Shown: positions 31,100-44,400 of the stretch, in pieces
Layout of the letters: each line of letters begins with the position of its first letter
Numbering within the stretch: the stretch's first letter is position 1
Source of the DNA: Eledone cirrhosa
Lineage: Eukaryota
NCBI GenBank assembly: GCA_964016885.1
Contig: OZ024740.1
Location: 7,750,001-7,814,000 of the forward strand
DNA length: 64,000 nucleotides
Direction: 5' to 3'
The notes under the pieces: model-generated
Database searches by the model: none
The model's input: the letters and a program-made list of their open reading frames with translations, nothing else
What the model was told of the DNA's origin: nothing
Position numbers and translations under genes: made by a program

Positions 31100-34000
31100 G
31101 ACTGTTATGTCAGTTTCGATTGGTATGTCAGTTTCGTTTAGTATGTAAGTTTCCATTGGTATGTTAATTTCGATTGGTATATCAGTTTTGATTAGTATGT
31201 CAGTTTCTATTGGTATATCAGTTTCGATTGGTATATCAGTTTCGACTGGTATATCAGTTTCGATTGGTATATCAGTTTCGATTGGTATATCAGTTTCGAC
31301 TGGTATGTCAGTTTCGATTGGTATATCAGGTTCGATTGGTATATCAATTGTGATTGGTATATCAGTTTCGATTGGTATATCAGTTTCCATCAGTATGTCA
31401 GTTTCTATTGGTATATCAGTTTCGATTGGTATATCAGTTTCAAATTGTATGTCAGTTTCTATTGGTATATCAGTTCCTGTTGGGATGTCAGTTTCGATTG
31501 GTATATCAGTTTCGATTGGTATATCAGATCCTATTGCTATATCAGTTTCTATTGGTATGTCAGTTTCGATTATTATATCAGTGAATATTGGTATGTCAGT
31601 TTCGATTGGTATGTCAATTTCGATTGGTATATCAGTTTCTATTGGTATGTCAGTTTCTATTGGTAAATCAGCTTTGATTGGTATATCAGTTTAGATTAGT
31701 ATGTCAGTTTCTATTGGTATGTCAGTTTTGGTCAGTATATCAGTTTCTATTGGTATGTCAGTTTCGATTGCTATGTCAGTTTCAATTGGTATATCAGTTT
31801 CGATTGGTATGTCAGTTTCGATTAGTATATCAGTTTCTATTGGTATGTCAGTTTGGATTGGTATGTCAGTCTGGATTGGTATATTAGTTTCGATTGTTAT
31901 ATCAGTTTCGATTGGTATGTAAGTTTCTATTGGTATATCAGTTTCTATTGGTATGTCAGTTCCGATTGGTATGTCAGTTTCGATTGTTATGTCAATTTCG
32001 ATTGGTATAACTGTTTCGATTAGTATGTCCGTTTCTATTGGTATATCAGTTTCGATTGTTATATATGTTTCGATTGGTATGTCAATTTCTATTGGTAGAT
32101 CAGTTTTGATTGGTATGTTAGTTACTATTGGTATATCAGTTTCGATTAGTATATCAGTTTCTATTGGTATGTCAGTTTCGATTCGTATGTTAGTCCTCGA
32201 TTTGTATGTCAGTTTCTATTGGTATATCTGTTTCGATGGGTATGTCACTTTCGATTGGTATATCAGTTTCTATTGGTATATCAGCTTCGATTGGTATATC
32301 CGTTTAGATTAGTATGTCAGTTTCTATTGGTATGTCAGTTTCGGTCAGTATAACAGTTTCTATTGGTATGTCAGTTTCGATTGGTATGTCAGTTTCTATT
32401 GGTATATCAGTTTCGATTGGCAAAGCAATTCCGATTGGTATATCAGTTTCGATTGGTATGTCAGTTTCCATTTGTATATCAGTTTCGATTGGTATGTCAG
32501 TTTCGATTGGTATATCAGTTTCGATTGGTATGTCAGTTTCTATTGGTATATTAGTTTCTATTGGTATGTCAGTTTCGATAGGAATGTCAGTTTCTATTGG
32601 TATATCAGTTTCGATTGGTATGTTAGTTTCGATCGTTATGTCAGTTTCGATTGGTATATCAGTTTCTATTGGTATGACAGTTTCGATTGGTATATCAGTT
32701 TCGATTGGTATGTCAGTTTCGATTGTTATGTCAGTTTCGATTGGTATGTCAGTTTCGTTTAGTATGTAAGTTTTCATTGGTATGTTAATTTCGATTGGTA
32801 TATCAGTTTTGATTAGTATGTCAGTTTCTATTGGTATATCAGTTTCGATTGGTATATCAGTTTCAACTGGTATATCAGTTTCGATTGGTATATCAGTTTC
32901 GACTTGTATGTCAGTTTCGATTGGTATATCAGGTTCGATTGGTATATCAGTTTTGATTGGTATATCAGTTTCGATTGGTATATCAGTTTCCATTAGTATG
33001 TCAGTTTCTATTGGTATATCAGTTTCGATTGGTATATCAGTTTCAATTTGTATGTCAGTTTCTATTGGTATATCAGTTCCTGTTGGGATGTCAGTTTTGA
33101 TTGGTATATCAGTTTCGATTGGTATATCAGATCCTATTGCTATATCAGTTTCTATTGGTATGTCTGTTTCGATTGGTATGTAAGTGTCGATTGGTATGTC
33201 AGTTTCGATTGGTATGTCAGTTTCGATTGGTATATCAGTTTCTATTGATATATCAGTTTAGATTGGTATGTCAGTTTCGATTCGTATGTCAGTTTCGATT
33301 GGTATATCAGTTTCGATTGGTATATCCGTTTAGATTAGTATGTCAGTTTCTATTGGTATGTCAGTTTCGGTCAGTATAACAGTTTCTATTGGTATGTCAG
33401 TTTCTATTGGTATATCAGTTTCGATTGGCAAAGCAATTCCGATTGGTATATCAGTTTCGATTGGTATGTCAGTTTCCATTGGTATATCAGTTTCGATTGG
33501 TATGTCAGTTTCGATTGGTATATCAGTTTCGATTGGTATGTCAGTTTCTATTGGTATATTAGTTTCTATTGGTATGTCAGTTTCGATAGGTATGTCAGTT
33601 TCTATTGGTATATCAGTTTCGATTGGTATGTTAGTTTCGATCCTTATGTCAGTTTCAATTGGTATATCAGTTTCTATTGGTATGACAGTTTCGATTGGTA
33701 TATCAGTTTCGATTGGTATGTCAGTTTCGATTGTTATGTCAGTTTCGATTGGTATGTCAGTTTCGTTTAGTATGTAAGTTTCCATTGGTATGTCAGTTTT
33801 GGTCAGTATATCAGTTTCTATTGGTATGTCAGTTTCGATTGCTATGTCAGTTTCAATTGGTATATCAGTTTCGATTGGTATGTCAGTTTCGATTAGTATA
33901 TCAGTTTCTATTGGTATGTCAGTTTGGATTGGTATGTCAGTCTGGATTGGTATATCAGTTTCGATTGTTATATCAGTTTCGATTGGTATGTAAGTTTCTA

Positions 34001-37000
34001 TTGGTATATCAGTTTCTATTGGTATGTCAGTTCCGATTGGTATGTCAGTTTCGATTGTTATGTCAATTTCGATTGGTATAACTGTTTCGATTAGTATGTC
34101 CGTTTCTATTGGTATATCAGTTTCGATTGTTATATATGTTTCGATTGGTATGTCAATTTCTATTGGTAGATCAGTTTTGATTGGTATGTTAGTTACTATT
34201 GGTATATCAGTTTCGATTAGTATATCAGTTTCTATTGGTATGTCAGTTTCGATTCGTATGTTAGTCCTCGATTTATATGTCAGTTTCTATTGGTATATCT
34301 GTTTCGATGGGTATGTCACTTTCGATTGGTATATCAGTTTCTATTGGTATATCAGCTTCGATTGGTATATCCGTTTAGATTAGTATGTCAGTTTCTATTG
34401 GTATGTCAGTTTCGGTCAGTATAACAGTTTCTATTGGTATGTCAGTTTCGATTGGTATGTCAGTTTCTATTGGTATATCAGTTTCGATTGGCAAAGCAAT
34501 TCCGATTGGTATATCAGTTTCGATTGGTATGTCAGTTTCCATTTGTATATCAGTTTCGATTGGTATGTCAGTTTCGATTGGTATATCAGTTTCGATTGGT
34601 ATGTCAGTTTCTATTGGTATATTAGTTTCTATTGGTATGTCAGTTTCGATAGGAATGTCAGTTTCTATTGGTATATCAGTTTCGATTGGTATGTTAGTTT
34701 CGATCGTTATGTCAGTTTCGATTGGTATATCAGTTTCTAGTGGTATGACAGTTTCGATTGGTATATCAGTTTCGATTGGTATGTCAGTTTCGATTGTTAT
34801 GTCAGTTTCGATTGGCATGTCAGTTTCGTTTAGTATGTAAGTTTCCATTGGTATGTTAATTTCGATTGGTATATCAGTTTTGATTAGTATGTCAGTTTCT
34901 ATTGGTATATCAGTTTCGATTGGTATATCAGTTTCGACTGGTATATCAGTTTCGATTGGTATATCAGTTTCGATTGGTATATCAGTTTCGACTGGTATGT
35001 CAGTTTCGATTGGTATATCAGGTTCGATTGGTATATCAATTGTGATTGGTATATCAGTTTCGATTGGTATATCAGTTTCCATCAGTATGTCAGTTTCTAT
35101 TGGTATATCAGTTTCGATTGGTATATCAGTTTCAAATTGTATGTCAGTTTCTATTGGTATATCAGTTCCTGTTGGGATGTCAGTTTCGATTGGTATATCA
35201 GTTTCGATTGGTATATCAGATCCTATTGCTATATCAGTTTCTATTGGTATGTCAGTTTCGATTATTATATCAGTGAATATTGGTATGTCAGTTTCGATTG
35301 GTATGTCAATTTCGATTGGTATATCAGTTTCTATTGGTATGTCAGTTTCTATTGGTAAATCAGCTTTGATTGGTATATCAGTTTAGATTAGTATGTCAGT
35401 TTCTATTGGTATGTCAGTTTTGGTCAGTATATCAGTTTCTATTGGTATGTCAGTTTCGATTGCTATGTCAGTTTCAATTGGTATATCAGTTTCGATTGGT
35501 ATGTCAGTTTCGATTAGTATATCAGTTTCTATTGGTATGTCAGTTTGGATTGGTATGTCAGTCTGGATTGGTATATCAGTTTCGATTGTTATATCAGTTT
35601 CGATTGGTATGTAAGTTTCTATTGGTATATCAGTGTCTATTGGTATGTCAGTTCCGATTGGTATGTCAGTTTCGATTGTTATGTCAATTTCGATTGGTAT
35701 AACTGTTTCGATTAGTATGTCCGTTTCTATTGGTATATCAGTTTCGATTGTTATATATGTTTCGATTGGTATGTCAATTTCTATTGGTAGATCAGTTTTG
35801 ATTGGTATGTTAGTTACTATTGGTATATCAGTTTCGATTAGTATATCAGTTTCTATTGGTATGTCAGTTTCGATTCGTATGTTAGTCCTCGATTTGTATG
35901 TCAGTTTCTATTGGTATATCTGTTTCGATGGGTATGTCACTTTCGATTGGTATATCAGTTTCTATTGGTATATCAGCTTCGATTGGTATATCCGTTTAGA
36001 TTAGTATGTCAGTTTCTATTGTTATGTCAGTTTCGATTGGTATGTCAGTTTTTATTGGTATATCAGTTTCGATTGGCAAAGCAATTCCGATTGGTATATC
36101 AGTTTCGATTGGTATGTCAGTTTCCATTTGTATATCAGTTTCGATTGGTATGTCAGTTTCGATTGGTATATCTGTTTCGATTGGTATGTCAGTTTCTATT
36201 GGTATATTAGTTTCTATTGGTATGTCAGTTTCGATAGGAATGTCAGTTTCTATTGGTATATCAGTTTCGATTGGTATGTTAGTTTCGATCGTTATGTCAG
36301 TTTCGATTGGTATATCAGTTTCTATTGGTATGACAGTTTCGATTGGTATATCAGTTTCGATTGGTATGTCAGTTTCGATTGTTATGTCAGTTTCGATTGG
36401 TATGTCAGTTTCGTTTAGTATGTAAGTTTTCATTGGTATGTTAATTTCGATTGGTATATCAGTTTTGATTAGTATGTCAGTTTCTATTGGTATATCAGTT
36501 TCGATTGGTATATCAGTTTCAACTGGTATATCAGTTTCGATTGGTATATCAGTTTCGACTGGTATGTCAGTTTCGATTGGTATATCAGGTTCGATTGGTA
36601 TATCAGTTTTGATTGGTATATCAGTTTCGATTGGTATATCAGTTTCCATTAGTATGTCAGTTTCTATTGGTATATCAGTTTCGATTGGTATATCAGTTTC
36701 AATTTGTATGTCAGTTTCTATTGGTATATCAGTTCCTGTGGGATGTCAGTTTTGATTGGTATATCAGTTTCGATTGGTATATCAGATCCTATTGCTATAT
36801 CAGTTTCTATTGGTATGTCTGTTTCGATTGGTATGTAAGTGTCGATTGGTATGTCAGTTTCGATTGGTATGTCAGTTTCGATTGGTATATCAGTTTCTAT
36901 TGATATATCAGTTTAGATTGGTATGTCAGTTTCGATTCGTATGTCAGTTTCGATTGGTATATCAGTTTCGATTGGTATGTCAGTTTCTATTGGTATATTA

Positions 37001-38420
37001 GTTTCTATTGGTATGTCAGTTTCGATAGGTATGTCAGTTTCTATTGGTATATCAGTTTCGATTGGTATGTTAGTTTCGATCGTTATGTCAGTTTCGATTG
37101 GTATATCAGTTTCTATTGGTATGACAGTTTCGATTGGTATATCAGTTTCGATTGGTATGTCAGTTTCGATTGCTATGTCAGTTTCGATTGGTATGTCAGT
37201 TTCGTTTAGTATGTAAGTTTCCATTGGTATGTTAATTTCGATTGGTATATCAGTTTTGATTAGTATGTCAGTTTCTATTGGTATATCAGTTTCGATTGGT
37301 ATATCAGTTTCGTCTGGTATATCAGTTTCGATTGGTATATCAGTTTCGATTGGTATATCCGTTTAGATTAGTATGTCCGTTTCTATTGGTATGTCAGTTT
37401 CGGTCAGTATAACAGTTTCTATTGGTATGTCAGTTTCTATTGGTATATCAGTTTCGATTGGCAAAGCAATTCCGATTGGTATATCAGTTTCGATTGGTAT
37501 GTCTGTTTCCATTGGTATATCAGTTTCGATTGGTATGTCAGTTTCGATTGGTATATCAGTTTCGATTGGTATGTCAGTTTCTATTGGTATATTAGTTTCT
37601 ATTGGTATGTCAGTTTCGATAGGTATGTCAGTTTCTATTGGTATATCAGTTTCGATTGGTATGTTAGTTTCGATCCTTATGTCAGTTTCAATTGGTATAT
37701 CAGTTTCTATTGGTATGACAGTTTCGATTGGTATATCAGTTTCGATTGGTATGTCAGTTTCGATTGTTATGTCAGTTTCGATTGGTATGTCAGTTTCGTT
37801 TAGTATGTAAGTTTCCATTGGTATGTCAGTTTTGGTCAGTATATCAGTTTCTATTGGTATGTCAGTTTCGATTGCTATGTCAGTTTCAATTGGTATATCA
37901 GTTTCGATTGGTATGTCAGTTTCGATTAGTATATCAGTTTCTATTGGTATGTCAGTTTGGATTGGTATGTCAGTCTGGATTGGTATATCAGTTTCGATTG
38001 TTATATCAGTTTCGATTGGTATGTAAGTTTCTATTGGTATATCAGTTTCTATTGGTATGTCAGTTCCGATTGGTATGTCAGTTTCGATTGTTATGTCAAT
38101 TTCGATTGGTATAACTGTTTCGATTAGTATGTCCGTTTCTATTGGTATATCAGTTTCGATTGTTATATATGTTTCGATTGGTATGTCAATTTCTATTTGT
38201 AGATCAGTTTTAATTGGTATGTTAGTTACTATTGGTATATCAGTTTCGATTAGTATATCAGTTTCTATTGGTATGTCAGTTTCGATTCGTATGTTAGTCC
38301 TCGATTTGTATGTCAGTTTCTATTGGTATATCTGTTTCGATGGGTATGTCACTTTCGATTGGTATATCAGTTTCTATTGGTATATCAGCTTCGATTGGTA
38401 TATCCGTTTAGATTAGTATG
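31100..38420 (+). repeat. Imperfect ~3.7-4.0-kb duplication within the B-type domain
   Basis: Offset 3692 (31161/34853; marker 32193/35885), changing to 4033 (33340/37373, 34024/38057) after whole-monomer indels. Confidence 0.75.
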
Positions 38421-41400
38421 TCAGTTTCTATTGGTATGTCAGTTTCTATTGGTATGTCAGTTTCTATTGGTATAACAGTTTCTATTTGTATGTCAGTTTC
38501 GATTGGTATGTCAGTTTCTATTGGTATATCAGTTTCGATTGGCAAAGCAATTCCGATTGGTATATCAGTTTCGATTGGTATGTCAGTTTCCATTTGTATA
38601 TCAGTTTCGATTGGTATGTCAGTTTCGATTGGTATATCAGTTTCGATTGGTATGTCAGTTTCTATTGGTATATTAGTTTCTATTGGTATGTCAGTTTCGA
38701 TAGGAATGTCAGTTTCTATTGGTATATCAGTTTCAATTGGTATGTTAGTTTCGATCGTTATGTCAGTTTCGATTGGTATATCAGTTTTGATTAGTATGTC
38801 AGTTTCTATTGGTATATCAGTTTCGATTGGTATATCAGTTTCAACTGGTATATCAGTTTCGATTGGTATATCAGTTTCGATTGGCATATCAGTTTCGACT
38901 GGTATGTCAGTATCGATTGGTATATCAGGTTCGATTGGTATATCAGTTTTGATTGGTATATCAGTTTCGATTGGTATATCAGTTTCCATTAGTATGTCAG
39001 TTTCTATTGGTATATCAGTTTCGATTGGTATATCAGTTTCAATTTGTATGTCAGTTTCTATTGGTATATCAGTTCCTGTTGGGATGTCAGTTTTGATTGG
39101 TATATCAGTTTCGATTGGTATATCAGATCCTATTGCTATATCAGTTTCTATTGGTATGTCTGTTTCGATTGGTATGTAAGTGTCGATTGGTATGTCAGTT
39201 TCGATTGGTATGTCAGTTTCGATTGGTATATCAGTTTCTATTGATATATCAGTTTAGATTGGTATGTCAGTTTCGATTCGTATGTCAGTTTCGATTGGTA
39301 TATCAGTTTCGATTGGTATGTCAGTTTCTATTGGTATATTAGTTTCTATTGGTATGTCAGTTTCGATAGGTCTGTCAGTTTCTATTGGTATATCAGTTTC
39401 GATTGGTATGTTAGTTTCGATCGTTATGTCAGTTTCGATTGGTATATCAGTTTCTATTGGTATGACAGTTTCGATTGGTATATCAGTTTCGATTGGTATG
39501 TCAGTTTCGATTGTTATGTCAGTTTCGATTGGTATGTCAGTTTCGTTTAGTATGTAAGTTTCCATTGGTATGTTAATTTCGATTGGTATATCAGTTTTGA
39601 TTAGTATGTCAGTTTCTATTGGTATATCAGTTTCGATTGGTATATCAGTTTCGACTGGTATATCAGTTTCGATTGGTATATCAGTTTCGATTGGTATATC
39701 CGTTTAGATTAGTATGTCAGTTTCTATTGGTATGTCAGTTTCGATCAGTATAACAGTTTCTATTGGTATGTCAGTTTCTATTGGTATATCAGTTTCGATT
39801 GGCAAAGCAATTCCGATTGGTATATCAGTTTCGATTGGTATGTCAGTTTCCATTGGTATATCAGTTTCGATTGGTATGTCAGTTTCGATTGGTATATCAG
39901 TTTCGATTGGTATGTCAGTTTCTATTGGTATATTAGTTTCTATTGGTATGTCAGTTTCGATAGGTATGTCAGTTTCTATTGGTATATCAGTTTCGATTGG
40001 TATGTTAGTTTCGATCCTTATGTCAGTTTCAATTGGTATATCAGTTTCTATTGGTATGACAGTTTCGATTGGTATATCAGTTTCGATTGGTATGTCAGTT
40101 TCGATTGTTATGTCAGTTTCGATTGGTATGTCAGTTTCGTTTAGTATGTAAGTTTCCATTGGTATGTTAATTTCGATTGGTATGTCAGTTTTGATTAGTA
40201 TGTCAGTTTCTATTGGTATATCAGTTTCGATTGGTATATCAGTTTCGACTGGTATATCAGTTTCGAGTGGTATATCAGTTTCGATTGCTATATCAGTTTC
40301 GACTGGTATGTCAGTTTCGATTGGTATATCAGTTTCGATTGGTATATCAGTTTCCATTAGTATGTCAGTTTCTATCGGTATATCAGTTCCTGTTGGGATG
40401 TCAGTTTCGATTGGTATATCACTTTCGATTGGTATATCAGATCCTATTGCTATATCAGTTTCTATTGGTATGTCTGTTTCGATTGGTATGTAAGTGTCGA
40501 TTGGTATGTCAGTTTCGATTGTTATATCAGTTTCTATTGATATATCAGTTTAGATTGGTATGTCAGTTACGATTCGTATGTCAGTTTCGATTGGTATATC
40601 AGTTTCGATTGGTATGTCAGTTTCTATTGGTATATTAGTTTCTATTGGTATGTCAGTTTCGATAGGTATGTTAATTTCGATTGGTATATCAGTTTTGATT
40701 AGTATGTCAGTTTCTATTAGTATATCAGTTTCGATTGGTATATCAGTTTCGACTGGTATATCAGTTTCGATTGGTATATCAGTTTCGATTGGTATATCAG
40801 TTTCGACTGGTATGTCAGTTTCGATTGGTATATCAGGTTCGATTGGTATATCAATTGTGATTGGTATATCAGTTTCGATTGGTATATCAGTTTCCATCAG
40901 TATGTCAGTTTCTATTGGTATATCAGTTTCGATTGGTATATCAGTTTCAATTTGTATGTCAGTTTCTATTGGTATATCAGTTCCTGTTGGGATGTCAGTT
41001 TCGATTGGTATATCAGTTTCGATTGGTATGTCAGTTTCGATTATTATATCAGTGAATATTGGTATGTCAGTTTCGATTGGTATGTCAATTTCGATTGGTA
41101 TATCAGTTTCTATTGGTATGTCAGTTTCTATTGGTAAATCAGCTTTGATTGGTATATCAGTTTAGATTAGTATGTCAGTTTCTATTGGTATGTCAGTTTT
41201 GGTCAGTATATCAGTTTCTATTGGTATGTCAGTTTCGATTGCTATGTCAGTTTCAATTGGTATATCAGTTTCGATTGGTATATCAGTTTAGATTAGTATG
41301 TCAGTTTCGATTGGTATGTCAGTTTCGATTAGTATGTCAGTTTCTATTGGTATATCAGTTTCGATTGATATATCAGTTTCGATTAGTATGTCAGTTTCTA

Positions 41401-44400
41401 ATGGTATGTCAGTTTCGATTAGTATATCAGTTTCTATTGGTATGTCAGTTTGGATTGGTATGTCAGTCTGGATTGGTATATCAGTTTCGATTGTTATATC
41501 AGTTTCGATTGGTATGTAAGTTTCTATTGGTATATCAGTTTCTATTGGTATGTCAGTTTCGATTGGTATGTCAGTTTCGATTGTTATGTCAATTTCGATT
41601 GGTATATCTGTTTCGATTAGTATGTCCGTTTCTATTGGTATATCAGTTTCGATTGTTATATATGTTTCGATTGGTATGTCAATTTCTATTGGTAGATCAG
41701 TTTTGATTGGTATGTTAGTTACTATTGGTATATCAGTTTCGATTAGTATATCAGTTTCTATTGGTATGTCAGTTTCGATAGGTATGTTAGTCCTCGATTT
41801 GTATGTCAGTTTCTATTGGTATATCTGTTTCGATGGGTATGTCAGTTTCGATTGGTATGTCAGTTTCTATTGGTATATCAGCTTCGATTGGTATATCCGT
41901 TTAGATTAGTATGTCAGTTTCTATTGGTATGTCAGTTTCGGTCAGTATAACAGTTTCTATTGGTATGTCAGTTTCGATTGTTATGTCAGTTTCTATTGGT
42001 ATATCAGTTTCGATTGGCAAAGCAATTCCGATTGGTATATCAGTTTCTATTGGTATGACAGTTTCGATTGGTATATCAGTTTCGATTGGTATGTCAGTTT
42101 CGATTGTTATGTCAGTTTCGATTGGTATGTCAGTTTCGTTTAGTATGTAAGTTTCCATTGGTATGTTAATTTCGATGGGTATATCAGTTTTGATTAGTAT
42201 GTCAGTTTCTATTGGTATATCAGTTTCGATTGGTATATCAGTTTCGACTGGTATGTCAGTTTCGATTGGTATATCAGGTTCGATTGGTATATCAGTTTTG
42301 ATTGGTATATCAGTTTCGATTGGTATATCAGTTTCCATTAGTATGTCAGTTTCTATTGGTATATCAGTTTCGATTGGTATATCAGTTTCAATTTGTATGT
42401 CAGTTTCTATTGGTATATCTGTTCCTGCTGGGATGTCAGTTTCGATTGGTATATCAGTTTCGATTGGTATATCAGATCCTATTGCTATATCAGTTTCTAT
42501 TGGTATGTCTGTTTCGATTGGTATGTAAGTGTCGATTGGTATGTTAGTTTCGATTGGTATGTCAGTTTCGATTGGTATATCAGTTTCTATTGATATATCA
42601 GTTTAGATTGGTATGTCAGTTTCGATTCGTATGTCAGTTTCGATTGGTTTATCAGTTTCGATTGGTATGTCAGTTTAGATTAGTATGTCAGTTTCTATTG
42701 GTATGTCAGTTTTGGTCAGTATATCAGTTTCTATTGGTATGTCAGTTTCGATTGCTATGTCAGTTTCAATTGGTATATCAGTTTCGATTGGTATATCAGT
42801 TTAGATTAGTATGTCAGTTTCGATTGGTATGTCAGCTTCGATTAGTATGTCAGTTTCTATTGGTATATCAGTTTCGATTGATATATCAGTTTCGATTAGT
42901 ATGTCAGTTTCTAATGGTATGTCACTTTCGATTAGTATATCAGTTTCTATTGGTATGTCAGTTTGGATTGGTATGTCAGTCTGGATTGGTATATCAGTTT
43001 CGATTGTTATATCAGTTTCGATTGGTATGTAAGTTTCTATTGGTATATCAGTTTCTATTGGTATGTCAGTTTCGATTGGTATGTCAGTTTCAATTGTTAT
43101 GTCAATTTCGATTGGTATAACTGTTTCGATTAGTATGTCCGTTTCTATTGGTATATCAGTTTCGATTGGTATATCAGTTTAGATTAGTATGTCAGTTTCG
43201 ATTGGTATGTCAGTTTCGATTAGTATGTCAGTTTCTATTGGTATATCAGTTTCGATTGGTATATCAGTTTCTATTGGTATGTCAGTTTCGATAGGTATGT
43301 TAGTCCTCGATTTGTATGTCAGTTTCTATTGGTATATCTGTTTCGATGGGTATGTCAGTTTCGATTGGTATATCAGTTTCTATTGGTATATCAGTTTCGA
43401 TTGGTATATCCGTTTAGATTAGTATGTCAGTTTCTATTGGTATGTCAGTTTCGGTCAGTATAACAGTTTCTATTGGTATGTCAGTTTCGATTGGTATGTC
43501 AGTTTCTATTGGTATATCAGTTTCGATTGGCAAAGCAATTCCGATTGGTATATCAGTTTCGATTGGTATGTCAGTTTCCATTGGTATATCAGTTTCGATT
43601 GGTATGTCAGTTTCGATTGGTATATCAGTTTCGATTGGTATGTCAGTTTCTATTGGTATATTAGTTTCTATTGGTATGTCAGTTTCGATAGGAATGTCAG
43701 TTTCTATTGGTATATCAGTTTCGATCGTTATGTCAGTTTCGATTGGTATATCAGTTTTTATTGGTATGACAGTTTCGATTGGTATATCAGTTTCGATTGG
43801 TATGTCAGTTTCGATTGTTATGTCAGTTTCGATTGGTATGTCAGTTTCGTTTAGTATGTAAGTTTCCATTGGTATGTTAATTTCGATTGGTATATCAGTT
43901 TTGATTAGTATGTCAGTTTCTATTGGTATATCAGTTTCGATTGGTATATCAGTTTCAACTGGTATATCAGTTTCGATTGGTATATCAGTTTCGATTGGTA
44001 TATCAGTTTCGACTGGTATGTCAGTTTCGATTGGTATATCAGGTTCGATTGGTATATCAGTTTTGATTGGTATATCAGTTTCGATTGGTATATCAGTTTT
44101 CATTAGTATGTCAGTTTCTATTGGTATATCAGTTTCGATTGGTATATCAGTTTCAATTTGTATGTCAGTTTCTATTGGTATATCAGTTCCTGTTGGGATG
44201 TCAGTTTTGATTGGTATATCAGTTTCAATTGGTATATCAGATCCTATTGCTATATCAGTTTCTATTGGTATGTCAGTTTCGATTGGTATGTCAGTTTAGA
44301 TTGGTATATCAGTTTCGATTGGTATGTCAGTTTCGATTAGTATAGCAGTTTCTATTGGTATGTCAGTTTCGATTGGTATGTCACATTCTATTGGTATATC

